Positions 1 to 12,861 of a stretch of DNA of 64,000 bases are shown here, in pieces. The position numbers and the translations under genes were made by a program. The notes below the pieces were generated by a model that worked only from the letters and a program-made list of their open reading frames with translations, had not been told where the DNA came from and searched no databases. The DNA lies in IMG/VR virus record IMGVR_UViG_3300032299_001203, positions 32,001 to 96,000 of that record; one strand, written 5' to 3'. How positions within the stretch are numbered: position 1 is the stretch's first letter; every line of letters begins with the position of its first letter. This stretch comes from a virus.

Positions 1-2
1 TA

Positions 3-2897
<2,895 letters not shown>

Positions 2898-2898
2898 A

Positions 2899-4359
2899 AT
2901 GGCTAGCAAAATACAAGTAAGACGGGATTCATCTAACAACTGGACAAGTACAAATCCTACTTTGTCGCAAGGCGAACCTGGCTATGAAATAGACACAAAT
3001 AAAATAAAATATGGTGACGGAACAACTGCTTGGAACAGCCTCGCATACACTACAGGAGCTGGATCTGGTGCTACAGGTGCGACTGGTGCTGTTGGTTCAA
3101 CCGGTGCAACAGGAATTCAAGGTGCTACGGGTGCCACAGGTATTCAAGGACCTAATGGTGTAACAGGTAATACTGGTTCAACAGGTCCAGTTGGTACAAC
3201 AGGAGCTACAGGAATTGAAGGACCTGTTGGTGCAACAGGCGCTACTGGTGTAACAGGTAATACTGGCTCTACGGGTCCAGCGGGCACAACAGATTATAAT
3301 AATTTACTCAATACTCCGACAATTAATTTGCCACAATTTGAATACCATGTGGCTCAAAATGGAAACGATACTACAGGTGACGGATCATTATTAAATCCTT
3401 GGTTGACTATTGGCAAAGCTTTAATTGCAAGTGCAAATGATGCTAGCAAAATTATACTTCATGCAGGAGAATATATTGAAGATATTAATGTGAATAATTT
3501 ATTTGCCACAACTTTCACTAGTTTTGATGCTGGTGGTTTTGGAGCTTCGTCACCATTAATTGATGGTAATGTAATTGTTAGTGGAACTAGTTCTTCAATT
3601 GCATTTAAAAATGTAGGAATAAGGCGTGGTCTCACACACAGTTCGAGTGGTTCTTTATATTTGACTGATTTAACTTTAGGATCGAGCACTTATTTGGCAA
3701 CATTTAATAAATCTGGCTCAGGTTTCCTTAGTGTTCAAGATTGTAATATGTCAGTTATTGTAGGAGGTAATTTAACAAATGTTAATATTACGGGATCAGG
3801 CATTTCATTATTTAATAATACTCAATTTGCATCTTTAACAGCAAATAACGCTTCTACACAAATTAGTTTGGTAAATGGGTGTACCACTTATTCAGTAACA
3901 TTAACTACAGGAACTTTAAATATTTTTGACGGCATAATGTATACTTTGGCTCCTAGTGCTAATGCAATCACTGCTACGGGAGGCACATTGCAATTAAGAA
4001 ATAGTTTATTAGTTAATCCTGCTAATATGACGCCTGCAAAAATTAATTTGGCTTCACCAACTGTTTTTGCATATGATGATATATTTTTTGATAGAACGAA
4101 TAGTGTTCTTGGTATTAGTGCTAATACTGTTGTTGATTTTCAAAATGTAAGATTGTTTAACAGTTTAAGTGCTAATACAATATCTGCAAATACAATTACT
4201 ATTTCAAGTTTTATAAGATATCCTGTTTATACTTCAGCAAATTTAATATCTATTACCGGTAGCGTAGGTTCAACCGTTGCTCTTAATACCGGTAAATTGG
4301 CATATTGGGATGTTGCAAATACAAGATGGAGTTATGTGTCGGATGATTCAGCAGTATAA
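2899..4359 (+). CDS. Fibre/spike protein: Mtd_N-like N-terminal domain, short collagen segment, probable beta-helix
   Basis: N-terminus KIQVRRD...W...[27 protein letters not shown] resembles the major-tropism-determinant N-terminal domain. A GXY run follows, then [25 protein letters not shown], a typical entry into a pectin-lyase-like beta-helix. Confidence 0.75.
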   Translation: MASKIQVRRDSSNNWTSTNPTLSQGEPGYEIDTNKIKYGDGTTAWNSLAYTTGAGSGATGATGAVGSTGATGIQGATGATGIQGPNGVTGNTGSTGPVGTTGATGIEGPVGATGATGVTGNTGSTGPAGTTDYNNLLNTPTINLPQFEYHVAQNGNDTTGDGSLLNPWLTIGKALIASANDASKIILHAGEYIEDINVNNLFATTFTSFDAGGFGASSPLIDGNVIVSGTSSSIAFKNVGIRRGLTHSSSGSLYLTDLTLGSSTYLATFNKSGSGFLSVQDCNMSVIVGGNLTNVNITGSGISLFNNTQFASLTANNASTQISLVNGCTTYSVTLTTGTLNIFDGIMYTLAPSANAITATGGTLQLRNSLLVNPANMTPAKINLASPTVFAYDDIFFDRTNSVLGISANTVVDFQNVRLFNSLSANTISANTITISSFIRYPVYTSANLISITGSVGSTVALNTGKLAYWDVANTRWSYVSDDSAV

Positions 4360-4370
4360 TAGGAAAATAA

Positions 4371-4973
4371 ATGCCATTAAAACAAAGTGAAATTGCTCAG
4401 AGTGGTTTAGGTCGAGGTGCTACTGGCGCTTTTGGTTCTACAGGCGCTACCGGCATACAAGGACCATTAGGTTCTACTGGTGCTACAGGACCAATTGGAT
4501 CTACCGGTACAGGAACAACGGGCGCTACAGGTCCGTTAGGACCAACTGGTGCTACAGGCTTTGGTGCCACAGGAGCTACGGGTATTCAAGGACCAATTGG
4601 TTCTACTGGTGCTACAGGACCCGTTGGTTCAACAGGACCATTTGCAAACACCACAGCCACATTAAATATTACTGGAATAGCAGTTGCAAATACATATTAT
4701 TTTACTAATTACTCTCCAAGAAGTTTAACAGTACAATATCTATCAGCAAGAATTGTTAATGGATCAGGAACTGCAACGGTTACCGCATTTAATGGATCAA
4801 ATTTTGTTGGTGGTTTAGTAAATATTCCTGTTTCAGTTTTAGGCGTTTTTCAACCTGCTCAGATTGGAGTTAATAATGTAGCCAACACAGGAAATGCTTT
4901 GTATATTTCAGTTCAATCATTAAATTTACAAACAGCAAATACTGTTTTAGTGGTAACATTAGGTTTTTCTTAA
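4371..4973 (+). CDS. Short collagen-like protein with C-terminal beta-sandwich
   Basis: About 25 GXY triplets followed by a ~105-aa beta-rich domain; RBS aggaaa upstream. Confidence 0.8.
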   Translation: MPLKQSEIAQSGLGRGATGAFGSTGATGIQGPLGSTGATGPIGSTGTGTTGATGPLGPTGATGFGATGATGIQGPIGSTGATGPVGSTGPFANTTATLNITGIAVANTYYFTNYSPRSLTVQYLSARIVNGSGTATVTAFNGSNFVGGLVNIPVSVLGVFQPAQIGVNNVANTGNALYISVQSLNLQTANTVLVVTLGFS

Positions 4974-4977
4974 TATA

Positions 4978-5700
4978 ATGGTAGAATTACTTTTTACTAC
5001 AAGTGTAATTTGGACAGTCCCTAAAGATTGGACAAATGAAAATATTATTGAAATTTATGGTGGAGGAGGTGGAGCCACAGGTCCTTACTTCTTTGGTTCA
5101 TTCGGAGGTAGCACTATCATGGGTTTCTCTGGTTTTGCAGGAGGTTATAATTTTACCAGAAATCTCAGCAATCTTATACCGGGTGATCAAATAGAAATTA
5201 ATGTTGGCGGAAGAGGATCCGGTGGTGTTGGTGTAGGAATATTAATTGAAACTCGTCCACCAAATTCACTCGCCATAAATAGACGTTTTCGAAGTTTTGA
5301 TTGGCTTGGCAAATACGGCGGTGACACTATAATTAAGCGCACTAATGGCAATATGATATTAAGCGCTACGGGAGGTGGACCAGGAAGTGTTAGATATGTA
5401 TCAGATTCTATCACTGTGTCACCTTTTACGATCTTTGCAACCATTCCTGGTCCCGATCGACCTGGAACTCCATTGCGCCTTTGGAGCAGCGGTGAAAGTG
5501 TTTTCAGTACAAATCGTTATACTCGTTATCCACCAATTAGTGACGGATCTTTGGTTAAACTTGTTACCAAATATGGAGCAGGAGGTGCGCCGAGTTCGGT
5601 TGTTAGTAGTACATTTACTCAACAAGCTGGCCAATCTGGTGTAGTTGCAATTTCATATGTATCACGGACAACACACTCACCTTGTGTATGGATATCATAA
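4978..5700 (+). CDS. Glycine-rich fibre-tip-like protein
   Basis: WTVP...IEIYGGGGG...AGGY...PGDQIEINVGGRG...GGDT...ATGGG...GQSGVVAISY is the pattern of glycine-rich domains of phage fibre tips/adhesins. Confidence 0.7.
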   Translation: MVELLFTTSVIWTVPKDWTNENIIEIYGGGGGATGPYFFGSFGGSTIMGFSGFAGGYNFTRNLSNLIPGDQIEINVGGRGSGGVGVGILIETRPPNSLAINRRFRSFDWLGKYGGDTIIKRTNGNMILSATGGGPGSVRYVSDSITVSPFTIFATIPGPDRPGTPLRLWSSGESVFSTNRYTRYPPISDGSLVKLVTKYGAGGAPSSVVSSTFTQQAGQSGVVAISYVSRTTHSPCVWIS

Positions 5701-5713
5701 TTTCAAAATTTCG

Positions 5714-5772
5714 AATTTTTGCGTTCCGGCCCAAAAATTTTTTCCTGCGCTTCTCAAGTTCCAAAAAGCGCA
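5714..5772 (+). other. Tandem stem-loop intergenic element (possible terminator or structured RNA/DNA)
   Basis: Inverted repeats aatttttg/caaaaatt (5714-5721/5732-5739) and tgcgctt/aagcgca (5746-5752/5766-5772). Confidence 0.5.
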
Positions 5773-5789
5773 TTTACTCCAAGAAACGT

Positions 5790-5797
5790 AATAAATA
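5790..5797 (+). promoter_or_regulatory. T4-type late promoter (AATAAATA) for the baseplate operon
   Basis: Near match to the gp55 consensus TATAAATA, intergenic, immediately before gp25. Confidence 0.6.
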
Positions 5798-5801
5798 AAA
5801 G

Positions 5802-6194
5802 ATGGCAAACCTAACAAAGATATATTCCGACATCGATTTCACTTTTACCAAGAAGCCGGTAGTTGGTGACGTTGCTCTCAGCTATGACGAATTGGCCGTT
5901 GTTCGTTCTATTCGTAACTTACTACTAACAAAGCATTATGAAAGACCTTTTAATCCTGACATAGGATCCAACATTGATGCTATACTATTTGAACCCATAT
6001 CTCCTGTAACTGCCACAACCTTAGAGAAAGAGGTTGAGTTGATCATTAAAAACTATGAAAAAAGAGCAAAATTAAAAGAAATAATCATTGTGCCATATCC
6101 TGACAAAAATGCTTATGATATCACAATTAGTTTCTATATTGAAAATGCAACACTACCAACATCAGTAACATTACTTCTAGAGAGAAATAGATAA
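5802..6194 (+). CDS. gp25: Baseplate wedge subunit gp25
   Basis: YSDIDFTF...AVVRSIRNLLLTKHYERPFNPDIGS...LFEP...YEKR is the gp25 signature; it precedes gp6. Confidence 0.93.
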   Translation: MANLTKIYSDIDFTFTKKPVVGDVALSYDELAVVRSIRNLLLTKHYERPFNPDIGSNIDAILFEPISPVTATTLEKEVELIIKNYEKRAKLKEIIIVPYPDKNAYDITISFYIENATLPTSVTLLLERNR

Positions 6195-6195
6195 A

Positions 6196-8265
6196 ATGGC
6201 TGGAAATAAATCCAATATTCAGATTACCGATTTAGATTTTAATACAATTAAAACTAATCTTAAAAAGTTTTTGCAATCACAAAACACATTACAAGATTAT
6301 AACTATGAAGGATCTGCACTCTCTACACTATTGGATATTCTTTCTTATAACACACAATATAATGCTTATTACTTAAATATGGTTGCCAATGAGATGTTTT
6401 TGGATTCAGCATTACAAAGATCATCAGTAGTTTCTCATGCAAAACTATTAAATTATACTCCAAAATCGGCAGCAGCACCATCAGCCACCATTAATATCAC
6501 TTTCAATCAAGTAACTGATTCTTCTTTAACACTACCAAAATTTACTTCGTTTATGTCCGAAGCAATTGATGGCGTAAACTACAAATTTGTAACAGTTAAT
6601 TCAACTACATTAAATACAAATACTGTTTTCAATTCGGTTACGTTTTCAAACTTAACAATTAAACAAGGTGAACCAATCAACTTAAATTATACTTATGATT
6701 CTGCGGCCAACCCAACAGCTATATTTGATTTACCTGACACAAACATTGACACTTCTACATTAACTGTATCCGTACAACAGAGTGGTTCAAATACTGCCTA
6801 CGAAATTTATACTTTGGCTTCAGATTATTTGAGTTTGGATGCAACATCGAGTGTGTATTTCTTACAAGAAGGTATCAATGGTTACTATCAGATATATTTT
6901 GGTGATGGCATATTAGGAAAATCAATTACTGATGGCAACATTGTAACAGTTTCATATATTGTAACCAATGGTACAAGTTCAGCAGGAGCAAATAATTTTG
7001 TATTGATGGATGCTATTTCTGGATACTCCAACACCACAATAACACCCGTCACATCTACAACACAAGGTTCTGAAAAAGAAACCATTCAATCAATTAAATA
7101 CACCGCACCTAAATCATACTCTGCTCAAGGTCGTGCTGTTACAAAAGAAGATTACATTTATCTGATTCAAAATAATGCTGGTATTTTTCCAATAGATGCT
7201 GTTAATGTTTGGGGCGGAGAAGAAAATAATCCTCCTGTTTATGGTACTATTTTTATTGCCATAAAACCAAAAGGTGGATACACTTTAACACAAACACAAA
7301 AAAATATTATTGAAGAAAGAATTATTAAACCTATTTCCGTGTTAACAATTAAACCAAAAATTATAGACGTTGACTATACATATTTAAAAATTATATCAAA
7401 CATATATTATAATCCAAAATTAACAGCATTGACTTCTGATCAATTAGAAACACAGGTGTTTAATTCTATTCAAAATTTTGCAACTAACACATTAAATAAA
7501 TTTAATTCAACATTTCAATTGTCATCATTGATAACTGCGGTGCAATCCGTTAATCAATCATTCATAACTAATGATGCATCGTTAGTATTACAAAAAAGAT
7601 TTTCACCAAATTTACTTAATTCAACATCATATTCATTTAATTTTGGTGTGCCATTGAAAAAAGATATTTTCTCAAAAAGTATTAGTATTAGTCCTACTTT
7701 TCAAGTAATTGATACAAAAAATAATAATATTGTTAGAACCGCATATCTAGAAGAAACTCCATCAGGAACAACTTTTTTAGATTCTATAACTATTATTAAT
7801 CCAGGATTTGGTTACACATCCAATCCAATAGTAACCATTGTAGGTGATGGTACAGGTGCAACAGCAAAAGCAACTGTTGTAAATGGCCAAGTTAATAACA
7901 TTACGATAACAAATTCTGGAATCGATTATACACAAGCTCTAATTGAAATTACTTCAGCTGATGGTAACGGAACTATGTGTTCAGCTTTGGCTGTTTTAGC
8001 TGGCAACAGAGGAACATTAAGAACATATTATTATAGTGAAGGTGTTAAAACAATTTTAAATGTTAATGCTGGCACAGTAGATTATCAAACTGGTGTGGTC
8101 ACATTAACTGATTTTAATCCATCACAAATTGATAATCCTTTAGGTATATTAACTTTACAAGCAATACCAAATTCAACAATCGTTTCTTCTGATAAAGATA
8201 AAATTATCACATTAGATAATACGGATCAGTCAGCAATTGAAATAAACATTACAGCAAGTAGTTAA
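6196..8265 (+). CDS. gp6: Baseplate wedge subunit gp6
   Basis: LDFNTIKTNLKKFL...DYNYEGSALSTLLDILSYNT..N...NEMFLDSA, YFGDGILGK, QGRAVTKEDY, VWGGEENNPPVYG. Confidence 0.95.
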   Translation: MAGNKSNIQITDLDFNTIKTNLKKFLQSQNTLQDYNYEGSALSTLLDILSYNTQYNAYYLNMVANEMFLDSALQRSSVVSHAKLLNYTPKSAAAPSATINITFNQVTDSSLTLPKFTSFMSEAIDGVNYKFVTVNSTTLNTNTVFNSVTFSNLTIKQGEPINLNYTYDSAANPTAIFDLPDTNIDTSTLTVSVQQSGSNTAYEIYTLASDYLSLDATSSVYFLQEGINGYYQIYFGDGILGKSITDGNIVTVSYIVTNGTSSAGANNFVLMDAISGYSNTTITPVTSTTQGSEKETIQSIKYTAPKSYSAQGRAVTKEDYIYLIQNNAGIFPIDAVNVWGGEENNPPVYGTIFIAIKPKGGYTLTQTQKNIIEERIIKPISVLTIKPKIIDVDYTYLKIISNIYYNPKLTALTSDQLETQVFNSIQNFATNTLNKFNSTFQLSSLITAVQSVNQSFITNDASLVLQKRFSPNLLNSTSYSFNFGVPLKKDIFSKSISISPTFQVIDTKNNNIVRTAYLEETPSGTTFLDSITIINPGFGYTSNPIVTIVGDGTGATAKATVVNGQVNNITITNSGIDYTQALIEITSADGNGTMCSALAVLAGNRGTLRTYYYSEGVKTILNVNAGTVDYQTGVVTLTDFNPSQIDNPLGILTLQAIPNSTIVSSDKDKIITLDNTDQSAIEINITASS

Positions 8266-8268
8266 TAA

Positions 8269-11178
8269 ATGATTTTAGATAATCACAAAACATCATTACA
8301 GGTTGCTAAACAACTTCCTGAATTTATTCAGGATGATTCAGCTTATCAAAATTTTGTTTCTTTTATTGAAGCATACTATCAATGGATGGAAACAACTCAT
8401 AGTGCAAATGCATCAAATACCATTGTTACTTCAAGTGACCAAGGTATAACACACGCATCAAAGAATTTATTAAATTATTCTGATGTTGACAATACATTAG
8501 ATGAATTTATTGATTATTTTATTAATGATTTTCTTCCTTACATACCAAAAGATGCTTTAACGGACAAAAGAAAATTATTAAAAATATCAAAAGAATTATA
8601 CAACAACAAAGGAACAGAAAGTTCTTATAAATTCCTGTTTAGAGCTTTATATAACTCAAGTGCCGAAATATTTAACACATCTGATACAGTTTTAAAAGCT
8701 TCAGATGGCAAATGGGTAATTACAAAATCTTTAAGAATAGATTCTTTAAATCCAAATTGGCTTTTAATTAATAATTTAAGAATTTTTGGAGAAACAACCA
8801 AATCATATGCAACAATTGAATATTCAAGTGTAACTGGTTCTAAAACTGAAGTTTTTATTTCAAACATACAGAGATTATTTAATTCTGGAGAATTTGTTCG
8901 TGTAGTTGACAACAATAATTTAGATGTTTATTTCCTTAATGGTAAAGTTTATATTCAAAACCAAGGAGTAAACATACCAGAAAACGCTGTGATACTAAGA
9001 GGTAAAATTATTGGTGTTATTTCATCGATTAGAATAAACTCCAAAGAACGTGGCCAATTTTATGAACCAGGTGATCCTGTTATTATTTCTGGCGGATTAA
9101 ATCCGGATGTTGTTGATCCAGTTGGTGCAGAAGCTTTTGTTGGTCAAACAACAAGAGGTAGTATTTCATCTATAGTTGTTACTGATGGATCAAATGGCTT
9201 TCAATTGCCTCCTAATTCAGCTATTAATTTTTTAGGAACGGCAGACGCACCAGCAAGAGCTGAAATTAATTTATTGGATAGTGAAAAATTAACAAATGTT
9301 TCTTTTATTATCAGCAATTCTTTAGGTACGGCTTCAAATATAGCAATTGGCAATACAACTTTAGCACAAACATATAATATATTTCAAAATCCAGGTGTAA
9401 CTAATACAAATTCTAGATTAGTGGATGCATTTACATTTACATCTTTTGTTGTTGGGCCAATCGGTTCTATTAAAATTACAAATCAAGGTGCAGGATATAA
9501 TAAAACACCAAACGTTACTGTTACTTCTTTGTATTCTACTGACGCAGGACAAAGTGATTTAAAAAATCTTGGCATATTACAACCTATTTCAATTCGAAAT
9601 GCTGGTACTGGTTATGGAAACAATGACACAATTAGTATTGTTGGTGGTTTGGGATCAGGAGCGTTTGCGAACATAGTAGTTAACGCAACAGGATCAATTG
9701 TTAGGGCACCATACATATTTTCTGGCAACAATATAAACACAACTTACTCATTAGGTGGTTTTGGATACACACTTTCTGATCTACCAACTATAATAATTAA
9801 TAGTGAATATGGATCAAATGCAAGTCTTGTTATTCCAGGAATTATGGGAGATGGTGCAATTTTATCTCCAACAACGGATCGTATTGGCCAAATTTCAACC
9901 ATCAATATTACCAATCCAGGCGAAGATTATGTTTCTGCACCAAAGGTATATTTAAATGTGCAAGATATTGCTCTGAGTAATGTGTCTGGAACAAATTCAA
10001 TTGTTACCGGAGATATCATCTATCAAGGTAATACATACCTGTCTGCAACATATTCTGCAAATGTTTATTCTTTTATTAGAACTTCATTTGACACCACAGG
10101 AAATACACAAAATGACATCTACAGATTAAGGGTGTATGATTATTCAGGAAATTATGCCGAAGGATTAACTTTAAATATTGATAGAGAAGTTGGCAACACA
10201 ACAGTACAATTAAATTTCAGTCCACAACCAGTATTGATTAACAAAGCTGGTTTACCTGGCAGTATGATTAAATATGGTGATGGTAATGCTAAAGCTAACG
10301 CAGCATTTTTAAATGGATTAATTGTTGGCCAAGGTGTATATTTAAATGAAGATGGACAACCTTCTTCATTAGGATTAGTTCTGGAGAGTTTAGATTATAA
10401 TAAGTATACATATGTTTTATCGGTAGAAAAAGCTTTAAAATCATATAAAGATTTAATTTTAAACCTTTTACATCCCGCTGGTTCAAAACTTATTGGTAGA
10501 AATTTACTAAGAAGTTCCAATTCCTTTAACCTTGGAACAGAAACGGGGCACCAAAAAGGTTACACTTTGGAATATGTGGCTGGCGGAGCAGCTTACTTGA
10601 CTTTAGAAGTTAACACCGCCACGGATATAATTAGCACCAATATTATCAAAGTCAACAATGTTATATCTGGTAATATTGGTAACACTATATTTGCTAATGA
10701 TTATATAAAATTTGAATCTAGCAATAATGTAAAAGTATACTCCTTAATTACTGACGTTGACTATGTAAATAACAAATTAACAATTGATGACAACGTATTT
10801 TTAACTTTTGCAAATGTGGGCTTTGGATATGCAAATGCCTCCTCAAACGTCATAAATATAACATCAGTTACGGGACAATATGATGGTAATTTTGACAGTA
10901 AGACACCAGCCAATAACATTATATACGTTGGAGATAGTGTTTCGTTAAACGGTGGACCATATTATGCAGTCACCAGAGTATTCGCCAACGGTAACATATC
11001 GGTGGCCAACAGTTCATTTGGACCATCAGGTAATTCTAGAATAACAGTAAACAAGAATGCTAATACACAAACCGCATTCATATACGGTCAAGTATTTGTA
11101 TATGATTATCCATTATTAGCAACAGAATCCGGCAATGAGATTATCACAGAACAAGGAACTTATCTAATCATAGGGTAA
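8269..11178 (+). CDS. gp7: Baseplate wedge initiator, gp7-like
   Basis: Lies between gp6 and gp8. Motifs QLPEFIQD...FIEAYYQWME, KGTESSYKFLFRALY, LKASDGKW, YVLS...YKDLILNLLHPAGSKL match gp7-like proteins of aquatic T4-like phages. Confidence 0.8.
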   Translation: MILDNHKTSLQVAKQLPEFIQDDSAYQNFVSFIEAYYQWMETTHSANASNTIVTSSDQGITHASKNLLNYSDVDNTLDEFIDYFINDFLPYIPKDALTDKRKLLKISKELYNNKGTESSYKFLFRALYNSSAEIFNTSDTVLKASDGKWVITKSLRIDSLNPNWLLINNLRIFGETTKSYATIEYSSVTGSKTEVFISNIQRLFNSGEFVRVVDNNNLDVYFLNGKVYIQNQGVNIPENAVILRGKIIGVISSIRINSKERGQFYEPGDPVIISGGLNPDVVDPVGAEAFVGQTTRGSISSIVVTDGSNGFQLPPNSAINFLGTADAPARAEINLLDSEKLTNVSFIISNSLGTASNIAIGNTTLAQTYNIFQNPGVTNTNSRLVDAFTFTSFVVGPIGSIKITNQGAGYNKTPNVTVTSLYSTDAGQSDLKNLGILQPISIRNAGTGYGNNDTISIVGGLGSGAFANIVVNATGSIVRAPYIFSGNNINTTYSLGGFGYTLSDLPTIIINSEYGSNASLVIPGIMGDGAILSPTTDRIGQISTINITNPGEDYVSAPKVYLNVQDIALSNVSGTNSIVTGDIIYQGNTYLSATYSANVYSFIRTSFDTTGNTQNDIYRLRVYDYSGNYAEGLTLNIDREVGNTTVQLNFSPQPVLINKAGLPGSMIKYGDGNAKANAAFLNGLIVGQGVYLNEDGQPSSLGLVLESLDYNKYTYVLSVEKALKSYKDLILNLLHPAGSKLIGRNLLRSSNSFNLGTETGHQKGYTLEYVAGGAAYLTLEVNTATDIISTNIIKVNNVISGNIGNTIFANDYIKFESSNNVKVYSLITDVDYVNNKLTIDDNVFLTFANVGFGYANASSNVINITSVTGQYDGNFDSKTPANNIIYVGDSVSLNGGPYYAVTRVFANGNISVANSSFGPSGNSRITVNKNANTQTAFIYGQVFVYDYPLLATESGNEIITEQGTYLIIG

Positions 11179-11182
11179 AAAA

Positions 11183-12841
11183 ATGGCAACAGTAAAAATA
11201 TCACAACTACCAGTTTTATCACAGTTATCGGCTAACAACGCCAACACAGTATTTGTGGTGGTAGATAAAACCACCAATACAACTTCACAGTTTTCTACCA
11301 CGGTTTTAGCTCAAGGCTTATACGCCAACAATATTTTGAATGTTGGTACTGCAAACACAGGTCTTTTACTTCCTAATTCTGTAGCACAATTTATTAGTAA
11401 TACTGCAATCTTTTCACAAGTTAATTTTCAAAACATTAATTCAAAAGGTTCTGCTGATATTGTTATAACATCAGATGATGGTGATAACTCAAATAATTAT
11501 TTGGATTTGGGTGTTCAAGGTTCAAATATGGATGCTGATCCAACATTTGACTTACCCAATAATGATGGTTATTTGTATATGCATGGCAAGGACAATCAAA
11601 AGTATGGTAATTTATGGATTGGTACAGCGATTGCAAATACTGATTTAGTTTTCTTTACTGGTGATCATAAACAAGCCAATGAGGTTGCAAGAATTGAAGA
11701 TGGTGTTGGTCTATCTTTAAAAATGCCTATCAAGTTTGCTGATGGCACCATACAGAACACGGCACCGGTCACAGCAGCACACTCACAAGTTATTTTCAAT
11801 CAAGCCAATTCAGCGTATAATTTTGCTATTAATGTAAACACTTATACTGCGGCAGTGTACGCTCTTTCTAATACACAAAGTAATAGTATAACAGTAATGC
11901 AAGGTGTTAATACAACACAGAATACCAACATCACAACTGCCAACAACCAAGCTTGGGCAGCTTTTGATGCTGCAAATACAAACTCTGGCAATATTGCCAT
12001 ACTACAGGCAGTTAACACAACACAGAACACCAACATCACTACAGCAAACAATCATGCTTGGGCTGCATTTACCAAAGCAAACAATGCTTTAGCCAATACA
12101 ACAGGTATATTTGGTGGTACACTGACCATTACTGGTGATTTGGTGTTTGATGGCAGCCAAACTATTTCAGCAACTGATGATCTTTATATTGGTTCAAACG
12201 CTGGTATACAAATACAAACTGATCTTGGCGGAACTCAGAAACAATTTCAATTTGGAACGGATGGAAATTTAACTGTTCCAAATTATATTGTATTCCCGGA
12301 CAATACTGAAATTGGATATAATCCTTCTGCAAGTCCAACTTCTTTCATGGTTTCGACAGCAAACACATTGACATTGGAAGCAAATACATACACTTGGGGT
12401 TTTGGCGCAGATGGTACTACGATATTTCCAAACGGATTGATTAAGACTCGGACCAATCAGTCCATTGGTATTTTAGCCATAGATGGCGGATCACTTTCAG
12501 AATATCCAGCACAGTTAATGGCACAGCAAGTGGCACAAGCTCAACCAGATACTATTATTTCTTCATATGATAATAGAGCTACTATCCAAACAAATGTTAA
12601 TAGTACCATCAAGACTTGGACATTTGGCAGGAATGGTAGTTTAACATTCCCAGATTTATCTGTTCAAAACACCGCATTTACTGGTACTGCAATTGACCAA
12701 AATGCAACCAATTTGGCTCAAAGTGCTTACGACAAAGCCAATACAACAGCCAATACAACAATTACCATATCACAATTAAAATCTATATCAGCAAATGCTG
12801 GAAATTTTGGCGATTTTCAAATTGCAATTGCTGCTTTATAA
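11183..12841 (+). CDS. Baseplate-associated fibre protein
   Basis: N-terminal VKISQLP fibre-anchor motif, coiled-coil repeats (QGVNTTQNTNITTANN.AWAAF), repeated W/FxFGxDGxLTxP motifs. Confidence 0.7.
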   Translation: MATVKISQLPVLSQLSANNANTVFVVVDKTTNTTSQFSTTVLAQGLYANNILNVGTANTGLLLPNSVAQFISNTAIFSQVNFQNINSKGSADIVITSDDGDNSNNYLDLGVQGSNMDADPTFDLPNNDGYLYMHGKDNQKYGNLWIGTAIANTDLVFFTGDHKQANEVARIEDGVGLSLKMPIKFADGTIQNTAPVTAAHSQVIFNQANSAYNFAINVNTYTAAVYALSNTQSNSITVMQGVNTTQNTNITTANNQAWAAFDAANTNSGNIAILQAVNTTQNTNITTANNHAWAAFTKANNALANTTGIFGGTLTITGDLVFDGSQTISATDDLYIGSNAGIQIQTDLGGTQKQFQFGTDGNLTVPNYIVFPDNTEIGYNPSASPTSFMVSTANTLTLEANTYTWGFGADGTTIFPNGLIKTRTNQSIGILAIDGGSLSEYPAQLMAQQVAQAQPDTIISSYDNRATIQTNVNSTIKTWTFGRNGSLTFPDLSVQNTAFTGTAIDQNATNLAQSAYDKANTTANTTITISQLKSISANAGNFGDFQIAIAAL

Positions 12842-12849
12842 AAACACTT

Positions 12850-12857
12850 AATAAATA
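12850..12857 (+). promoter_or_regulatory. T4-type late promoter (AATAAATA)
   Basis: Intergenic, directly before gp8. Confidence 0.55.
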
Positions 12858-12861
12858 AATC

